A DNA stretch of 49,453 nucleotides from positions 1 through 49,453 of the IMG/VR virus record IMGVR_UViG_3300023214_000337, one strand, 5' to 3'. Positions 28,519-37,269 of the stretch are shown piece by piece (the first letter of the stretch is position 1; the number at the start of each line of letters is the position of its first letter). This DNA is from a virus. Its lineage: Duplodnaviria; Caudoviricetes. The translations under genes were made by a program, and so were the position numbers. The notes under the pieces were generated by a model. That model worked only from the letters and a program-made list of their open reading frames with translations, ran no database searches and was not told the DNA's origin.

Positions 28519-28689
28519 GATCATTCGAGTTCGAGCGCGGCATTCACCGTTCTTTCTTGGATGCTGTTGGCACTGTGCTGGGTGGATGTCGCGCTTGTTA
28601 CATTTACTGATCGAGGACCCGCGGGGCAAATAGGCCGCTTCGGTGAGGGTCCGCGCTTAGATTGTCAGCCTGTATCGGGAGTAAGAAGC

Positions 28690-28956
28690 ATGTGGAGCGC
28701 GATCGCGGCCGCCGTCGGTGTGATCATCACCGGCTTGAAGAAGCTACTTGGGATGGACAATCCAGCAACCACGGAGGTGAATCATGTCGGGAGGAGAGAT
28801 AAAGACCCTGAGATCGATAGCCGCAGCGATCTCAATGACGCTCTTGGTGGCCTTGACGGCGTGCGTGACGATCGGACCGAAGGTGAAGGATCGGATCACG
28901 TTGGTAGAGCAGACGACGAAGCGCCAGCGCGTGGTCGAGGTCGCGAAGGTTCTTGA
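28690..28956 (+). CDS. Small N-terminally anchored membrane protein (i-spanin-like position)
   Basis: MWSAIAAAVGVIITGLKKLLG; overlaps the lipoprotein gene in another frame. Confidence 0.45.
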   Translation: MWSAIAAAVGVIITGLKKLLGMDNPATTEVNHVGRRDKDPEIDSRSDLNDALGGLDGVRDDRTEGEGSDHVGRADDEAPARGRGREGS

Positions 28957-29194
28957 TGACGTCAAGGTGCTGATCGCGGTCAAGGTTGATGGCGACCTCG
29001 ACCACCGCACCGAGGAGCGTGACCTCGAAGGCTACAACGTCATCCGTCCGGACATCGCGGTTGCTCGCGGACTACGGACGCCGTTCGTCGCCGAAGAGAA
29101 GGTCGTTAAGGTGCGCCGGCTAGACGGAGAAATCGACCGGCTCAATATCGGCGGATGGTACATTATAAAGTCCGGAGAGCGCGTGGAGGAGTAA
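28784..29194 (+). CDS. Lipoprotein (o-spanin-like position)
   Basis: GGAGG RBS; signal peptide with lipobox LTA-C. Confidence 0.6.
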   Translation: MSGGEIKTLRSIAAAISMTLLVALTACVTIGPKVKDRITLVEQTTKRQRVVEVAKVLDDVKVLIAVKVDGDLDHRTEERDLEGYNVIRPDIAVARGLRTPFVAEEKVVKVRRLDGEIDRLNIGGWYIIKSGERVEE

Positions 29195-29262
29195 TGTATG
29201 TTGCGGCCGAGTTCTTCGCCGCCAACTATGAACCAGCGCCACCTTCTGGGGAGTGAAAGACC

Positions 29263-29565
29263 ATGAGTACAGAAAACACGTCGTCCACGGAGCCCGTGCA
29301 ACCGATTGTTATCTGGCGGTGCCACCCCAATGGCATTGCTCACGGTTTCGAGGAAGGCCACGCGACGAGCAAATGCGGGCTAATGACCGAGGACATGGGA
29401 GACCAAATAGATCCGCGACAGTACTATGAGTGTTGGACGTGCCGAGCTAGGGATGCATGTCGAATCTGTGATGGGAAAAAAAATCTCTACGACTACATAG
29501 AAGAATGCGACGTTGTTTGCTGGTCGTGCAAAGGTTCTGGGTTGCGTTTGGTGCCAGCGAGATGA
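29263..29565 (+). CDS. Small Cys-rich protein
   Basis: CRICDGK and CWSCKGSG motifs. Confidence 0.55.
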   Translation: MSTENTSSTEPVQPIVIWRCHPNGIAHGFEEGHATSKCGLMTEDMGDQIDPRQYYECWTCRARDACRICDGKKNLYDYIEECDVVCWSCKGSGLRLVPAR

Positions 29566-29621
29566 ACTGTAGGCCAGTGTGGGAACGAGCGTTGGCATAG
29601 AGAAATAGAGCGACTAACACG

Positions 29622-30497
29622 ATGAACGACGAACAAACTAAAACCCAGGCTGACACGACCGACGCTCCAAGCGGAACGGCTGATAGTGTTCGCTGCAATG
29701 ACTTGTTGTCAGGCGACAAGATCGTATGCGGTGACAACTGTGACGTAATGGGCCAACTGCCTCGCGAGTGCATCGATCTTGTAGTTACCTCGCCACCATA
29801 CGACGACGCCAGAGAATACGGAGGATTTGTCTTTGACTTCGATTCGGTGCGCAGGAATTTGTGCCGCATTATAAAGGATGGAGCAATTATTGTTTGGGTA
29901 GTGTCAGACACAAGTAGGGACCACTGCGAAAGCCTGACTTCATTCAAGCAAGCCATTGCATTTGTCGACGGCGGGATGAAGTTGCTTGATACGATGATTT
30001 ACCGAAAAAAGGGTGAATTTCCACGTCACGGGCATCGCGTTTATCCGCAAGTGCACGAATATATGTTTGTGTTTTCCAGAGGCAGGCCAAAGACGCTTCA
30101 CCTTTTGAGGGATAAGCCGAATTCATACGCAGGGAAAAAGTATTCACCCACCCTGCGATGCAAAGACGGGAGCATGAAAAAAAGCCATAGCTTTGGTCGA
30201 ATAGCTCCTGAAATGGGAGCAAGGGGAAATGTGTGGGAATATGAAGCAGGCTTCAGGCACTCGTCAACAGATACCATAGCACACAAGCATCCCGCCATAT
30301 TCCCCGAGGCACTAGCCCGCGATCATATCTTGTCTTGGAGCAACCCCGGAGACATAGTCTTAGATCCATTCAACGGCAGCGGAACGACGACAAAGATGGC
30401 CAGAGAGCTTGGCCGCAAGTTTCTCGGAATCGAGATAAATGAAGAGTATTGCGAAATCGCTCGTAAACGTATCGAGCAGCAATTACTTTTCGCCTGA
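29622..30497 (+). CDS. N4-C/N6-A DNA methyltransferase (beta class)
   Basis: VTSPPY, HPAIFP, VLDPFNGSGTT, GIEINEEY. Confidence 0.92.
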   Translation: MNDEQTKTQADTTDAPSGTADSVRCNDLLSGDKIVCGDNCDVMGQLPRECIDLVVTSPPYDDAREYGGFVFDFDSVRRNLCRIIKDGAIIVWVVSDTSRDHCESLTSFKQAIAFVDGGMKLLDTMIYRKKGEFPRHGHRVYPQVHEYMFVFSRGRPKTLHLLRDKPNSYAGKKYSPTLRCKDGSMKKSHSFGRIAPEMGARGNVWEYEAGFRHSSTDTIAHKHPAIFPEALARDHILSWSNPGDIVLDPFNGSGTTTKMARELGRKFLGIEINEEYCEIARKRIEQQLLFA

Positions 30498-30678
30498 TAC
30501 GCGTACACCGGGAGTAACGCCTTTGCTTTTGACTTTCACCACAGAGACCCAGCAACCAAGTTGTTTTTGCCAACAAGTAAAAACTACGCATGGGAAAATG
30601 CCGCGTTGAATTGGACAAATGCGACTTGCTGTGTGCCATTTGTCATCGAGCAGAACACAGCGAGAGCTATTGAGGAGG

Positions 30679-31173
30679 ATGAATATGACTGCACCAAATA
30701 AAGACAACCCCGTTTTGTGTTATGTAGACGGGCCGTGGGCCTACTTTACGACGCAGGCGCTGGAAGATGCATGGGGAGATGATTTTGACGATGCACCGTA
30801 TGAACACAACGCGGGAACGCCATACGGTCCTTGCAAGCACGAAAAGTTTGAGATTATCAAGGTCGCGTGGGACGGCGACTTCGAGACGCCATCCTTCGGG
30901 CATTGCAATAGCCCGTGGAGTGTGGAACAGATTAATGCCGGGGCTGTCGCGTGGTTGCGGACAAGTCGATACAGCCCCGGGAAGCCCGTCGTAATACCGG
31001 CGGGGACAACGATGGAACGATTCTACGCGCTGATACGCAAAGGTGGTGGGACTGTGTATATGGCGAACGCTGCCGATAACCGGCCCGATGGGCCAAAGGA
31101 AAAAGTGATGCCAAACGAATCAGCATGCCGCGCATCATCCTTTCCGATGAACGCGGACTCTGCGGCGCGGTAG
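30679..31173 (+). CDS. Hypothetical phage protein
   Basis: GAGGAGG RBS; WGDDFDDAPYEHNAG motif. Confidence 0.65.
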   Translation: MNMTAPNKDNPVLCYVDGPWAYFTTQALEDAWGDDFDDAPYEHNAGTPYGPCKHEKFEIIKVAWDGDFETPSFGHCNSPWSVEQINAGAVAWLRTSRYSPGKPVVIPAGTTMERFYALIRKGGGTVYMANAADNRPDGPKEKVMPNESACRASSFPMNADSAAR

Positions 31174-31199
31174 CGTCCGCTGAATTGCCCTTGTTGGGC
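31146..31199 (-). mobile_element. attC-like site
   Basis: Minus strand gcccaac-aagggcaattcagcggacgctaccgcgccgcagagtccgc-gttcatc. Confidence 0.55.
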
Positions 31200-31222
31200 A
31201 GCAACTTTCAACCGGAGGAAAA

Positions 31223-31516
31223 ATGTACGACCACATTGAAGCTAAAGAACAACAGGCAGCGGACGCACGCAAGGCCCTCGGCTTGCCGGTTCCGCAAGGG
31301 GGCTGGGCGCTCACCCGCATGTTCGGCGTGCGCGTGCCCGTAGATCGCCCCTGGAGCGAATACCCTATCGGGACCAAGGCGCACGCCATTATGGGTGGAT
31401 ACTGGATTAGGGTCGCGCACGGCTGGAAGTGGTGCACAGGCTCTACCTTCCCCACCCCTGGCGGCGATGCTGTCGGTGCCTGCATTGAGCTGCCCAACGA
31501 TGAGGTGAGCGGATGA
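31223..31516 (+). CDS. Hypothetical protein (cassette between two attC-like sites)
   Basis: GGAGG RBS; stop lies inside an attC-like site. Confidence 0.6.
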   Translation: MYDHIEAKEQQAADARKALGLPVPQGGWALTRMFGVRVPVDRPWSEYPIGTKAHAIMGGYWIRVAHGWKWCTGSTFPTPGGDAVGACIELPNDEVSG

Positions 31517-31564
31517 CAATGGAGCGAAGCGGAATTGGCAGTACGCTCGACCGTCTTGTTGTGC
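31492..31564 (-). mobile_element. attC-like site
   Basis: Minus strand gcacaac-aagacggtcgagcg...gcttcgc...cgctcacctcatc-gttgggc. Confidence 0.7.
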
Positions 31565-32454
31565 TGTTTGTTCGAGAGCAGAGCATCTACAAGGCGATGG
31601 GGCTTGACTGTTACGACCGCTGGCGGGATGCGCGGACGTTTGCTGGCACGGGGCCGGTGATTGCACATCCACCGTGTCGGACGTGGGGAAACTTTCGTCA
31701 CCAAATACCCAAGCGGCCGGAAGAACATGCCCTTGGTCCGTGGGCGGTGAAGCAGGTGAGGCGATGCGGTGGCGTGCTGGAACACCCAAAGGGTAGCGCG
31801 TTGTTTGAGCACTGCGGGTGTGGTGCCGCTGGCGACGTTGGATTTCTCCTGACGGTGGATCAATTCCATTGGGGACACCGGGCCAAAAAACCGACGCGGC
31901 TCTACGTGGTCGGATGCGAGCCAGTGGACGTGCCGGCAATGCCGCACAGAGAAGGCGAGCCGACGCACTGCATTTCGCAAGGGCATGGCGTGCGGATTGG
32001 GCATCCGCGATTCAAGTCGCGGGTTCCGCAATGGGAGCGCGAGGCCACCCCGCCGGGGTTCGCCCGATGGCTGGTGGAACTGGCGCGCAAATGCAGTAAG
32101 CACAACATGAGAATATACGAACTTCGCGTTGACGCCGTGGACTGCTACTACTCCCTCGGCCTGTCAGCGTCCTTAGATGCGCTCAAGCAACAAGTTGAGG
32201 CAATGGACGGACCCGACGGTGGCCCAGTGCATGAATACGCACACGGAACAGAGCAGCTGGAAATCTACGCGCGAGAATTAGGAGAGCTGCAGAGCGATTG
32301 CGCTGTCCCCGGCGTGCTAGTCTGCTCTGCCAAACGCTATTCGTATGTGTCGGATGATGACAAACTCAAATGGCGCAGTAAGGTAACGGGGATACCGCCG
32401 CTCCCGTTGACCGATTTGTTAGGCGGCGGTTGGAGTATCAATCATGTTGGATAA
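31513..32454 (+). CDS. Cytosine-methyltransferase-like fragment (HPPC...VLEHP) fused in frame to a copy of the 36151 gene
   Basis: IAHPPCRTWG, LEHP and KPTRLY motifs; C-terminal part MRIYELRVD... duplicated at 36219-36480. Confidence 0.6.
   Translation: MTMERSGIGSTLDRLVVLFVREQSIYKAMGLDCYDRWRDARTFAGTGPVIAHPPCRTWGNFRHQIPKRPEEHALGPWAVKQVRRCGGVLEHPKGSALFEHCGCGAAGDVGFLLTVDQFHWGHRAKKPTRLYVVGCEPVDVPAMPHREGEPTHCISQGHGVRIGHPRFKSRVPQWEREATPPGFARWLVELARKCSKHNMRIYELRVDAVDCYYSLGLSASLDALKQQVEAMDGPDGGPVHEYAHGTEQLEIYARELGELQSDCAVPGVLVCSAKRYSYVSDDDKLKWRSKVTGIPPLPLTDLLGGGWSINHVG
32104..32377. repeat. Inverted near-identical duplicate of 36219-36480
   Basis: Same MRIYELRVD...KLKWR coding segment with a 12-nt indel and a few SNPs. 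Confidence 0.92.
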
Positions 32455-32692
32455 AACTGTGAAGTGCCCGATTTGTGGGAAGCCGTACAAACTCATGGCG
32501 TTTTACGCTGGCGATCAGTCGGCGTGCCATGCGTGCGTTCGAGAAGCGGAAAGGGCCGTTGCACGTCCGACGCCCCAGGGCGATGAATTTCTCGAGCGAC
32601 TGAAGGAGGCGCAGCGGCGCGGAATAATGGATTTAACGGATGGTCTGCCCGCCGAAGAGGCGATCGAGGAGATCCGCGATGCCGGAAGTTGA
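32444..32692 (+). CDS. Small zinc-binding protein
   Basis: CPICGKPY...CHAC. Confidence 0.55.
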   Translation: MLDKTVKCPICGKPYKLMAFYAGDQSACHACVREAERAVARPTPQGDEFLERLKEAQRRGIMDLTDGLPAEEAIEEIRDAGS

Positions 32693-32743
32693 GCGCGTCG
32701 TCTGGGATACCAATGTCGCCGACTTCGGGAAGGGGAAAGAAAC

Positions 32744-33130
32744 ATGAAAATGGTTAACAGTCATAGAATGCGATGCCCAGAATTGTGGTTGCGTGGATAC
32801 TTTGCGCGTATGAGTTGGAATGAACGCAAGAAAGCTCTTGAGGGTCGCAATTGGTGGCTTTCAGTGCAGCGCGGCGCGACACACAAGATTTATCGTAAGC
32901 GTTCGCCAGAAGTTGCAGAAAACGGGCGTACCTATTTGGGTGAGGTGTTTCGTACCTCTAATGGCTGGAAGTGGAAAGATAACGGTGGCCGCATGGGTCC
33001 AAACGCATGCTTAGGCCAAGGAGAAGGAGTTGGCTACCGTTGCAAATTAGTGTGTCTTTTGGACTTCATCCTGGCGCACCCAAAAATGAAATGCCAATTT
33101 ATGGAGAAATTTGAATCTGCGAACTCTTGA
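32744..33130 (+). CDS. Hypothetical protein
   Basis: Purine-rich RBS; 128 aa. Confidence 0.5.
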   Translation: MKMVNSHRMRCPELWLRGYFARMSWNERKKALEGRNWWLSVQRGATHKIYRKRSPEVAENGRTYLGEVFRTSNGWKWKDNGGRMGPNACLGQGEGVGYRCKLVCLLDFILAHPKMKCQFMEKFESANS

Positions 33131-33291
33131 CCCACGGGTTAACAGGGGCATTTGGTTAACAGAAAACAGGATGTAGAAATATGAGCAGAAAGGACTTACG
33201 AAAAGCGCAGATGCAGAGTTCGGCAAGGGTTGCTCTTGGGAAGTCGCGCCCCGGATCTCATAGTCCAAGCCCGCCGAAGGGGAGATAGCAC

Positions 33292-33684
33292 ATGGCCCGC
33301 GTTTTATTGTCCATCAAGCCCGAGTATGCCGAAGCAATTCTCGATGGCGAGAAGCGATTCGAGCTGCGACGCAAGATTTTCCGAGACAGAAGTGTGACCC
33401 GCGTCGTAATTTATGCATCGAGCCCGGTCAAGCGCGTCGTAGGGGAGGTCGAGGTCAAGGGCATCATCGAGGCACACCCAGACGATCTATGGGAACGGAC
33501 CCGAGACGGAGCTTGCGTAGCGCGGGATTTCTTTGACGAATACTTCAAGAACCGGGACGTGGGATACGCGATCGAAGTGGCGCATCCGAAGCGATACACG
33601 ACTCCCCTTAGCCTTTCCGCATTTTGTGTGGCACGCCCACCTCAATCGTTCTGCTATCTGAGGGGCATTCAAAAACATCTTTGA
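33292..33684 (+). CDS. ASCH-domain protein
   Basis: LLSIKPEYAEAILDGEKRFELRR...YASSPVKRVVG...PPQSFCYL. Confidence 0.9.
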   Translation: MARVLLSIKPEYAEAILDGEKRFELRRKIFRDRSVTRVVIYASSPVKRVVGEVEVKGIIEAHPDDLWERTRDGACVARDFFDEYFKNRDVGYAIEVAHPKRYTTPLSLSAFCVARPPQSFCYLRGIQKHL

Positions 33685-33734
33685 GTTTTCCGCTTTGGCG
33701 ATAGAATAGGTGCCCCTTAAGGCTGGAGATTGAG

Positions 33735-34106
33735 ATGACTGTTTACGAGATGAGTGTCGCGCTTGGATCGGACGAGCCGCCTTACACACCGATCGGCATT
33801 GGCCGCAACGTCGGCTTCTTTCTCGCCGTGTTGACCTGGTGGCACGACAAGGACCGCGACGAAGACGCATGCATTCTGCATATTCCAACCAAGAAAACCG
33901 TTGGCGTGGTACGCGGCCACGATACAGCCCGAGCGGTAGCCAAGGAGATCAACAAGATCGTCCCGATGGACAAGCTTGCACTCGCAGATGACATGGAAGT
34001 CGCCAAGGCATTCCCGGGCCATTGGCGACAGTACATGGACGCCCAGTGGTATTCGCTGTGGCAGCAATACCAGTCTTACACCGAGTGGAGGGGACAGCAA
34101 TGTTAG
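33735..34106 (+). CDS. Hypothetical protein
   Basis: GGAG RBS; 123 aa. Confidence 0.55.
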   Translation: MTVYEMSVALGSDEPPYTPIGIGRNVGFFLAVLTWWHDKDRDEDACILHIPTKKTVGVVRGHDTARAVAKEINKIVPMDKLALADDMEVAKAFPGHWRQYMDAQWYSLWQQYQSYTEWRGQQC

Positions 34107-34282
34107 TGATTCAGCAACTGATTCTTTTAGCGGTACTATTTATTAACGGCGTGTACATGGGCGCCGTTGGTATCGAGGCGATGCAGGGATTCAGCTGGCA
34201 ATACATGGCGATGTTTATCGCGTTGCTTTATTTTACGAGAGTGATTGTCTATAAAATGCTCAGCGTCGATCACCCTGCTTGA
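34100..34282 (+). CDS. Small two-TM membrane protein
   Basis: MLVIQQLILLAVLF...; GGAGG RBS. Confidence 0.5.
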   Translation: MLVIQQLILLAVLFINGVYMGAVGIEAMQGFSWQYMAMFIALLYFTRVIVYKMLSVDHPA

Positions 34283-34285
34283 TGA

Positions 34286-35041
34286 TTATGATAATTCTTC
34301 GTTGGCAGTACCAAAGTCGAACCGCCCTTGCGCGTGCCACCGCTCAAGGCGTTTCACCGCTACGTCAACCCACCGCTCGTCAATCTCGATGCCGATGGCC
34401 TTGCGCCCGGTCTCCAGCGCGGCGATCAGCGTCGTGCCGCTCCCGCAGAACGGGTCAAGCACGGTGTCGCCCTCGTTCGTGAACTGGCACAGCACGGTGT
34501 CGCCCTCGTTCGTGAACTGGCACAGCACGGTGTCGCCCTCGTTCGTGAACTGGCACAGCAACACCTTCCACGCTTGCAACGGCTTGACGCACGGGTGCCC
34601 GTTCTTCTCCGGTGCCTCGGTCAACGTGAAACTGCATCGCTTCCCCATGTTCTTTCCGGTCAAGTTGCGGCCATAGTAAAAGATCGGTTGTGCGTCCATG
34701 TTCCCGAACGACTGCAATCCAACCGCTGCCGGTTGGTAGAAACATCCGAAGCTGTCCGGTTGCGGATACCACATCATGTTTTTGATGCCTGGCGTCAACA
34801 CCACAGCCTCGCATGCCTCAATCAGTCGGCGCACCGTGGCGGCGCACACGTCGGCCACATAATCCGGCGTGTCTTGCCATTCTTCACCATATCCGCCCTT
34901 GTTGCGGGCCCGGTTGATCGTGCCGCGTGCGCCTTCAATGCCGTATGGCGGATCAGTCAGCACGGCATCGGCCTTACCGGACCACTCCCGGCAGTCGCCG
35001 TGCCACAACTGGACGTTCTCGTTTTCGTATGCGATCTTCAT
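34286..35041 (-). CDS. DNA methyltransferase (DPPY, beta class) with an in-frame 33-bp triplication
   Basis: LTDPPYG, HPCVKP, LDPFCGSGTT; QFTNEGDTVL x3. Confidence 0.88.
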   Translation of the reverse strand: MKIAYENENVQLWHGDCREWSGKADAVLTDPPYGIEGARGTINRARNKGGYGEEWQDTPDYVADVCAATVRRLIEACEAVVLTPGIKNMMWYPQPDSFGCFYQPAAVGLQSFGNMDAQPIFYYGRNLTGKNMGKRCSFTLTEAPEKNGHPCVKPLQAWKVLLCQFTNEGDTVLCQFTNEGDTVLCQFTNEGDTVLDPFCGSGTTLIAALETGRKAIGIEIDERWVDVAVKRLERWHAQGRFDFGTANEELS

Positions 35042-35060
35042 TCCGTGTCCTCCAAAGAAC

Positions 35061-35119
35061 TGCCAACAACCGGGTCGAGAGTACGCGGAGTACCGCGACT
35101 CTCACCCGAAACGTTCGCC
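35061..35119 (+). mobile_element. attC-like site (59 bp)
   Basis: tgccaac-aaccgggtcgagagt-acgcggagtaccgcg-actctcacccgaaac-gttcgcc, with bulged bases in the stem. Confidence 0.75.
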
Positions 35120-35122
35120 AGG

Positions 35123-35578
35123 TCAATCAATCTCGTCAATAAACTCGGCCACGTTGATCGCATCTGGAACCATCGCAAGCGTTCCTCCTTCTATCACGTC
35201 CACCCACGACACGTTTACACGGGGCGCAAATGTGCGAACGAACAAGTGGCCGTCTTGCTCCATCGCCCACACAGCGACGTTCAGGCGGTCCCACTCTGGA
35301 TGATCGCCCTGCGGCCACAGCCGCACGTCAATCCTGTTGCGTGCCCGCTTGCGTTCCTTGTCCCAACCTGGCTTGTGGAAGCCCTTCGGTAATCCGAGGG
35401 CAATCGAATTGCCCAGCCCGATCATCGTCCCAAGAACATGACTTACGCATCGGCGCTCGTTCTGGTCGTACGTGTAAACGCCGCAGTCAGTGTCTCCCCC
35501 GCAGACGCACCCCGGGCACTGAAACTGGCGAACAAGGCGGTCAACCGGAGTGCCGGTCGGCGTCGTTTCTGAATCCAT
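35123..35578 (-). CDS. Hypothetical Cys-containing phage protein; start lies inside an attC-like site
   Basis: MDSETTPTGTPVDRLVRQFQCPGCVCG; GGAG RBS. Confidence 0.65.
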   Translation of the reverse strand: MDSETTPTGTPVDRLVRQFQCPGCVCGGDTDCGVYTYDQNERRCVSHVLGTMIGLGNSIALGLPKGFHKPGWDKERKRARNRIDVRLWPQGDHPEWDRLNVAVWAMEQDGHLFVRTFAPRVNVSWVDVIEGGTLAMVPDAINVAEFIDEID

Positions 35579-35616
35579 AGTCTTTCTCCGGCACCCGGTT
35601 ACCTTGGTCGTTATGT
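35527..35616 (+). mobile_element. attC-like site
   Basis: ggcgaac-aaggcggtcaaccggagtgccgg...ccggcacccggttaccttggtc-gttatgt. Confidence 0.75.
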
Positions 35617-35858
35617 GAATGAAAATCCTTCGCTCTACAGTAAGCTCCGACGAGGTAGAGAGAGCCGAAGGTTGTAGCCATTGCGCCTGCTCCAAAGAGC
35701 GACCCAGCCCATCCTCCATCCGCGCCAGCAGCGGCACCAAGGGCGATTAGAAACGCCATGCTTCCCGAGCCGGGATGGTAGCCGTAGCCCTCCAGATACC
35801 CGCAACCCTGCCAAGTCCACAGAACAAGGCGAGGGAGGCAACGCCTTCGCTCTGTCAT
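35541..35858 (-). CDS. Small membrane protein (cassette)
   Basis: Starts and ends inside attC-like sites; hydrophobic Gly/Ala segments. Confidence 0.5.
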   Translation of the reverse strand: MTERRRCLPRLVLWTWQGCGYLEGYGYHPGSGSMAFLIALGAAAGADGGWAGSLFGAGAMATTFGSLYLVGAYCRAKDFHSHNDQGNRVPEKDYGFRNDADRHSG

Positions 35859-35885
35859 TCCGAAACCTCACTTTCTGCGTTGGGC
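35819..35885 (+). mobile_element. Degenerate attC-like site
   Basis: acagaac-aaggcgagggagg...cctcactttctgc-gttgggc. Confidence 0.5.
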
Positions 35886-36130
35886 GAGATCACTTCGCCG
35901 TACTCGCCAATCTGGCGCATCACTTCGCGGCCTTCACTGGTCAATGCCGGGTGATCCGTTATGTATTGCAACTGAAAGCAAAACGGCTTTTCCCATTCGG
36001 CCACCAGACGCGCCAACTCATTGAAGAATACGGCTTGATTCTTGTCGCTCATCTGGGAGAATTCAAAAGCCAACTCTTGCGGCGTCGGCTCTACATGCAG
36101 GGTTACTTTTCTCTGAATCATTGTTCTCAC
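35855..36130 (-). CDS. Hypothetical phage protein
   Basis: TPQELAFEF...QAVFFNEL...QLQYI. Confidence 0.6.
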   Translation of the reverse strand: MRTMIQRKVTLHVEPTPQELAFEFSQMSDKNQAVFFNELARLVAEWEKPFCFQLQYITDHPALTSEGREVMRQIGEYGEVISPNAESEVSE

Positions 36131-36150
36131 CCCGTAGGAAGTTTTTTCAG

Positions 36151-36477
36151 CTATTTCTTGTTTTCGCTCCCTTCTTGAAACTCAACTTGGGCGTTATCCG
36201 CATCAGCCGCCCACTCAGTGCGCCATTTGAGTTTGTCATCATCCGACACATACGAATAGCGTTTGGCAGAGCAGACTAGCACGCCGGGGGCAGCGCAATC
36301 GCTCTGCAGCTCTCCTAATTCTCGCGCGTAGATTTCCAGCTGCTCTGTTCCGTGTGCGTATTCATGCGCCGGGCCGTCCATTGCCTCAACTTGTTGCTTG
36401 AGGGCCTCTAAGGACGCGGACAGGCCGAGGGAGTAGTAGCAGTCCACGCCGTCAACGCGAAGTTCGTATATTCTCAT
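36151..36477 (-). CDS. Hypothetical protein (full-length copy of the MRIYELRVD gene)
   Basis: Duplicated at 32107; ends in a half attC-like site. Confidence 0.6.
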   Translation of the reverse strand: MRIYELRVDGVDCYYSLGLSASLEALKQQVEAMDGPAHEYAHGTEQLEIYARELGELQSDCAAPGVLVCSAKRYSYVSDDDKLKWRTEWAADADNAQVEFQEGSENKK

Positions 36478-36479
36478 GT

Positions 36480-36983
36480 TCACCCCGATACCAACTCGCC
36501 ACGGCACGCGCGGAGCCGGTCGGAATCCTCATGCTCTGTCTCGCACAGCAAAACAACGTAATCCCGACGCAGACCGCTGCCGTGATTCGCGAATCCGCCC
36601 ACCATCGTCGCTCGGTCACGGGACTCGGCAACGAATCGCAACACTGTGTTGTGGGAATCGCTATCCCACACGATGTCCACGCCTCCGTTCGGGCTGCAAT
36701 GAACGCTGACCCCACGAGGACACGGAAAATACGTCCCATCGCAATCATCGACGTGCTGCTCTTGGCATTCACGGCACGCATCCGTGACGGCCTCGACGAT
36801 GTCGTACATATCGACACGCTCATCGCCTTCCGCGTCCCAATCGAGACGCTGAATAAAATCCTGGACGTAAGCAGGCAACATTGCTCCCGCAGTGGATGCG
36901 GCCGCACACCAGCGATGTACACCGTCCGCGATTGATAGTGATTCTTGAAACAACATGGGAGACTCCGAAGAATGGGTGAACAA
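36480..36983 (-). CDS. Hypothetical protein
   Basis: Acidic 167-aa ORF; start uncertain. Confidence 0.5.
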   Translation of the reverse strand: MFTHSSESPMLFQESLSIADGVHRWCAAASTAGAMLPAYVQDFIQRLDWDAEGDERVDMYDIVEAVTDACRECQEQHVDDCDGTYFPCPRGVSVHCSPNGGVDIVWDSDSHNTVLRFVAESRDRATMVGGFANHGSGLRRDYVVLLCETEHEDSDRLRACRGELVSG

Positions 36984-37065
36984 AACGGTGCACCGGAGCC
37001 GCGGTCGGCGCGTTTAATTGAGGTCGAGGTCATCGGCCGCGGCCCGGTGACCTTGGACGTTAGCC
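36975..37065 (+). mobile_element. attC-like site
   Basis: ggtgaac-aaaacggtgcaccggagccgcggtcg...cggccgcggcccggtgaccttggac-gttagcc. Confidence 0.75.
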
Positions 37066-37112
37066 AGACTACGTTTACCCATGCCGATGCTCCGCTCCGC
37101 AGTAGTCTACTG

Positions 37113-37269
37113 AGATCAGGGGGGGAGGGAATCGAACCCTCGAGGAACGGCCTTTCACCGTTTCGTGGTCTGCCGGTTGGCATTCGCGACTGCCACTGCC
37201 GACATTGGCCACTGCCCCTTCCTGCGCTAACAGGCTGGAACGGGCCCAACGCCCGAACCCCCCTGATCT
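37113..37269 (-). ncRNA. tRNA-like multi-hairpin RNA with a canonical T-arm
   Basis: 12-bp closing stem agatcagggggg/cccccctgatct; T-arm gaggg-TTCGATT-ccctc just before the 3' strand; four internal hairpins. Confidence 0.6.

Noticed and set aside
37113-37269. tmRNA or standard tRNA
   Set aside because: Too short for tmRNA, no tag ORF or CCA, and no D/anticodon arms in register
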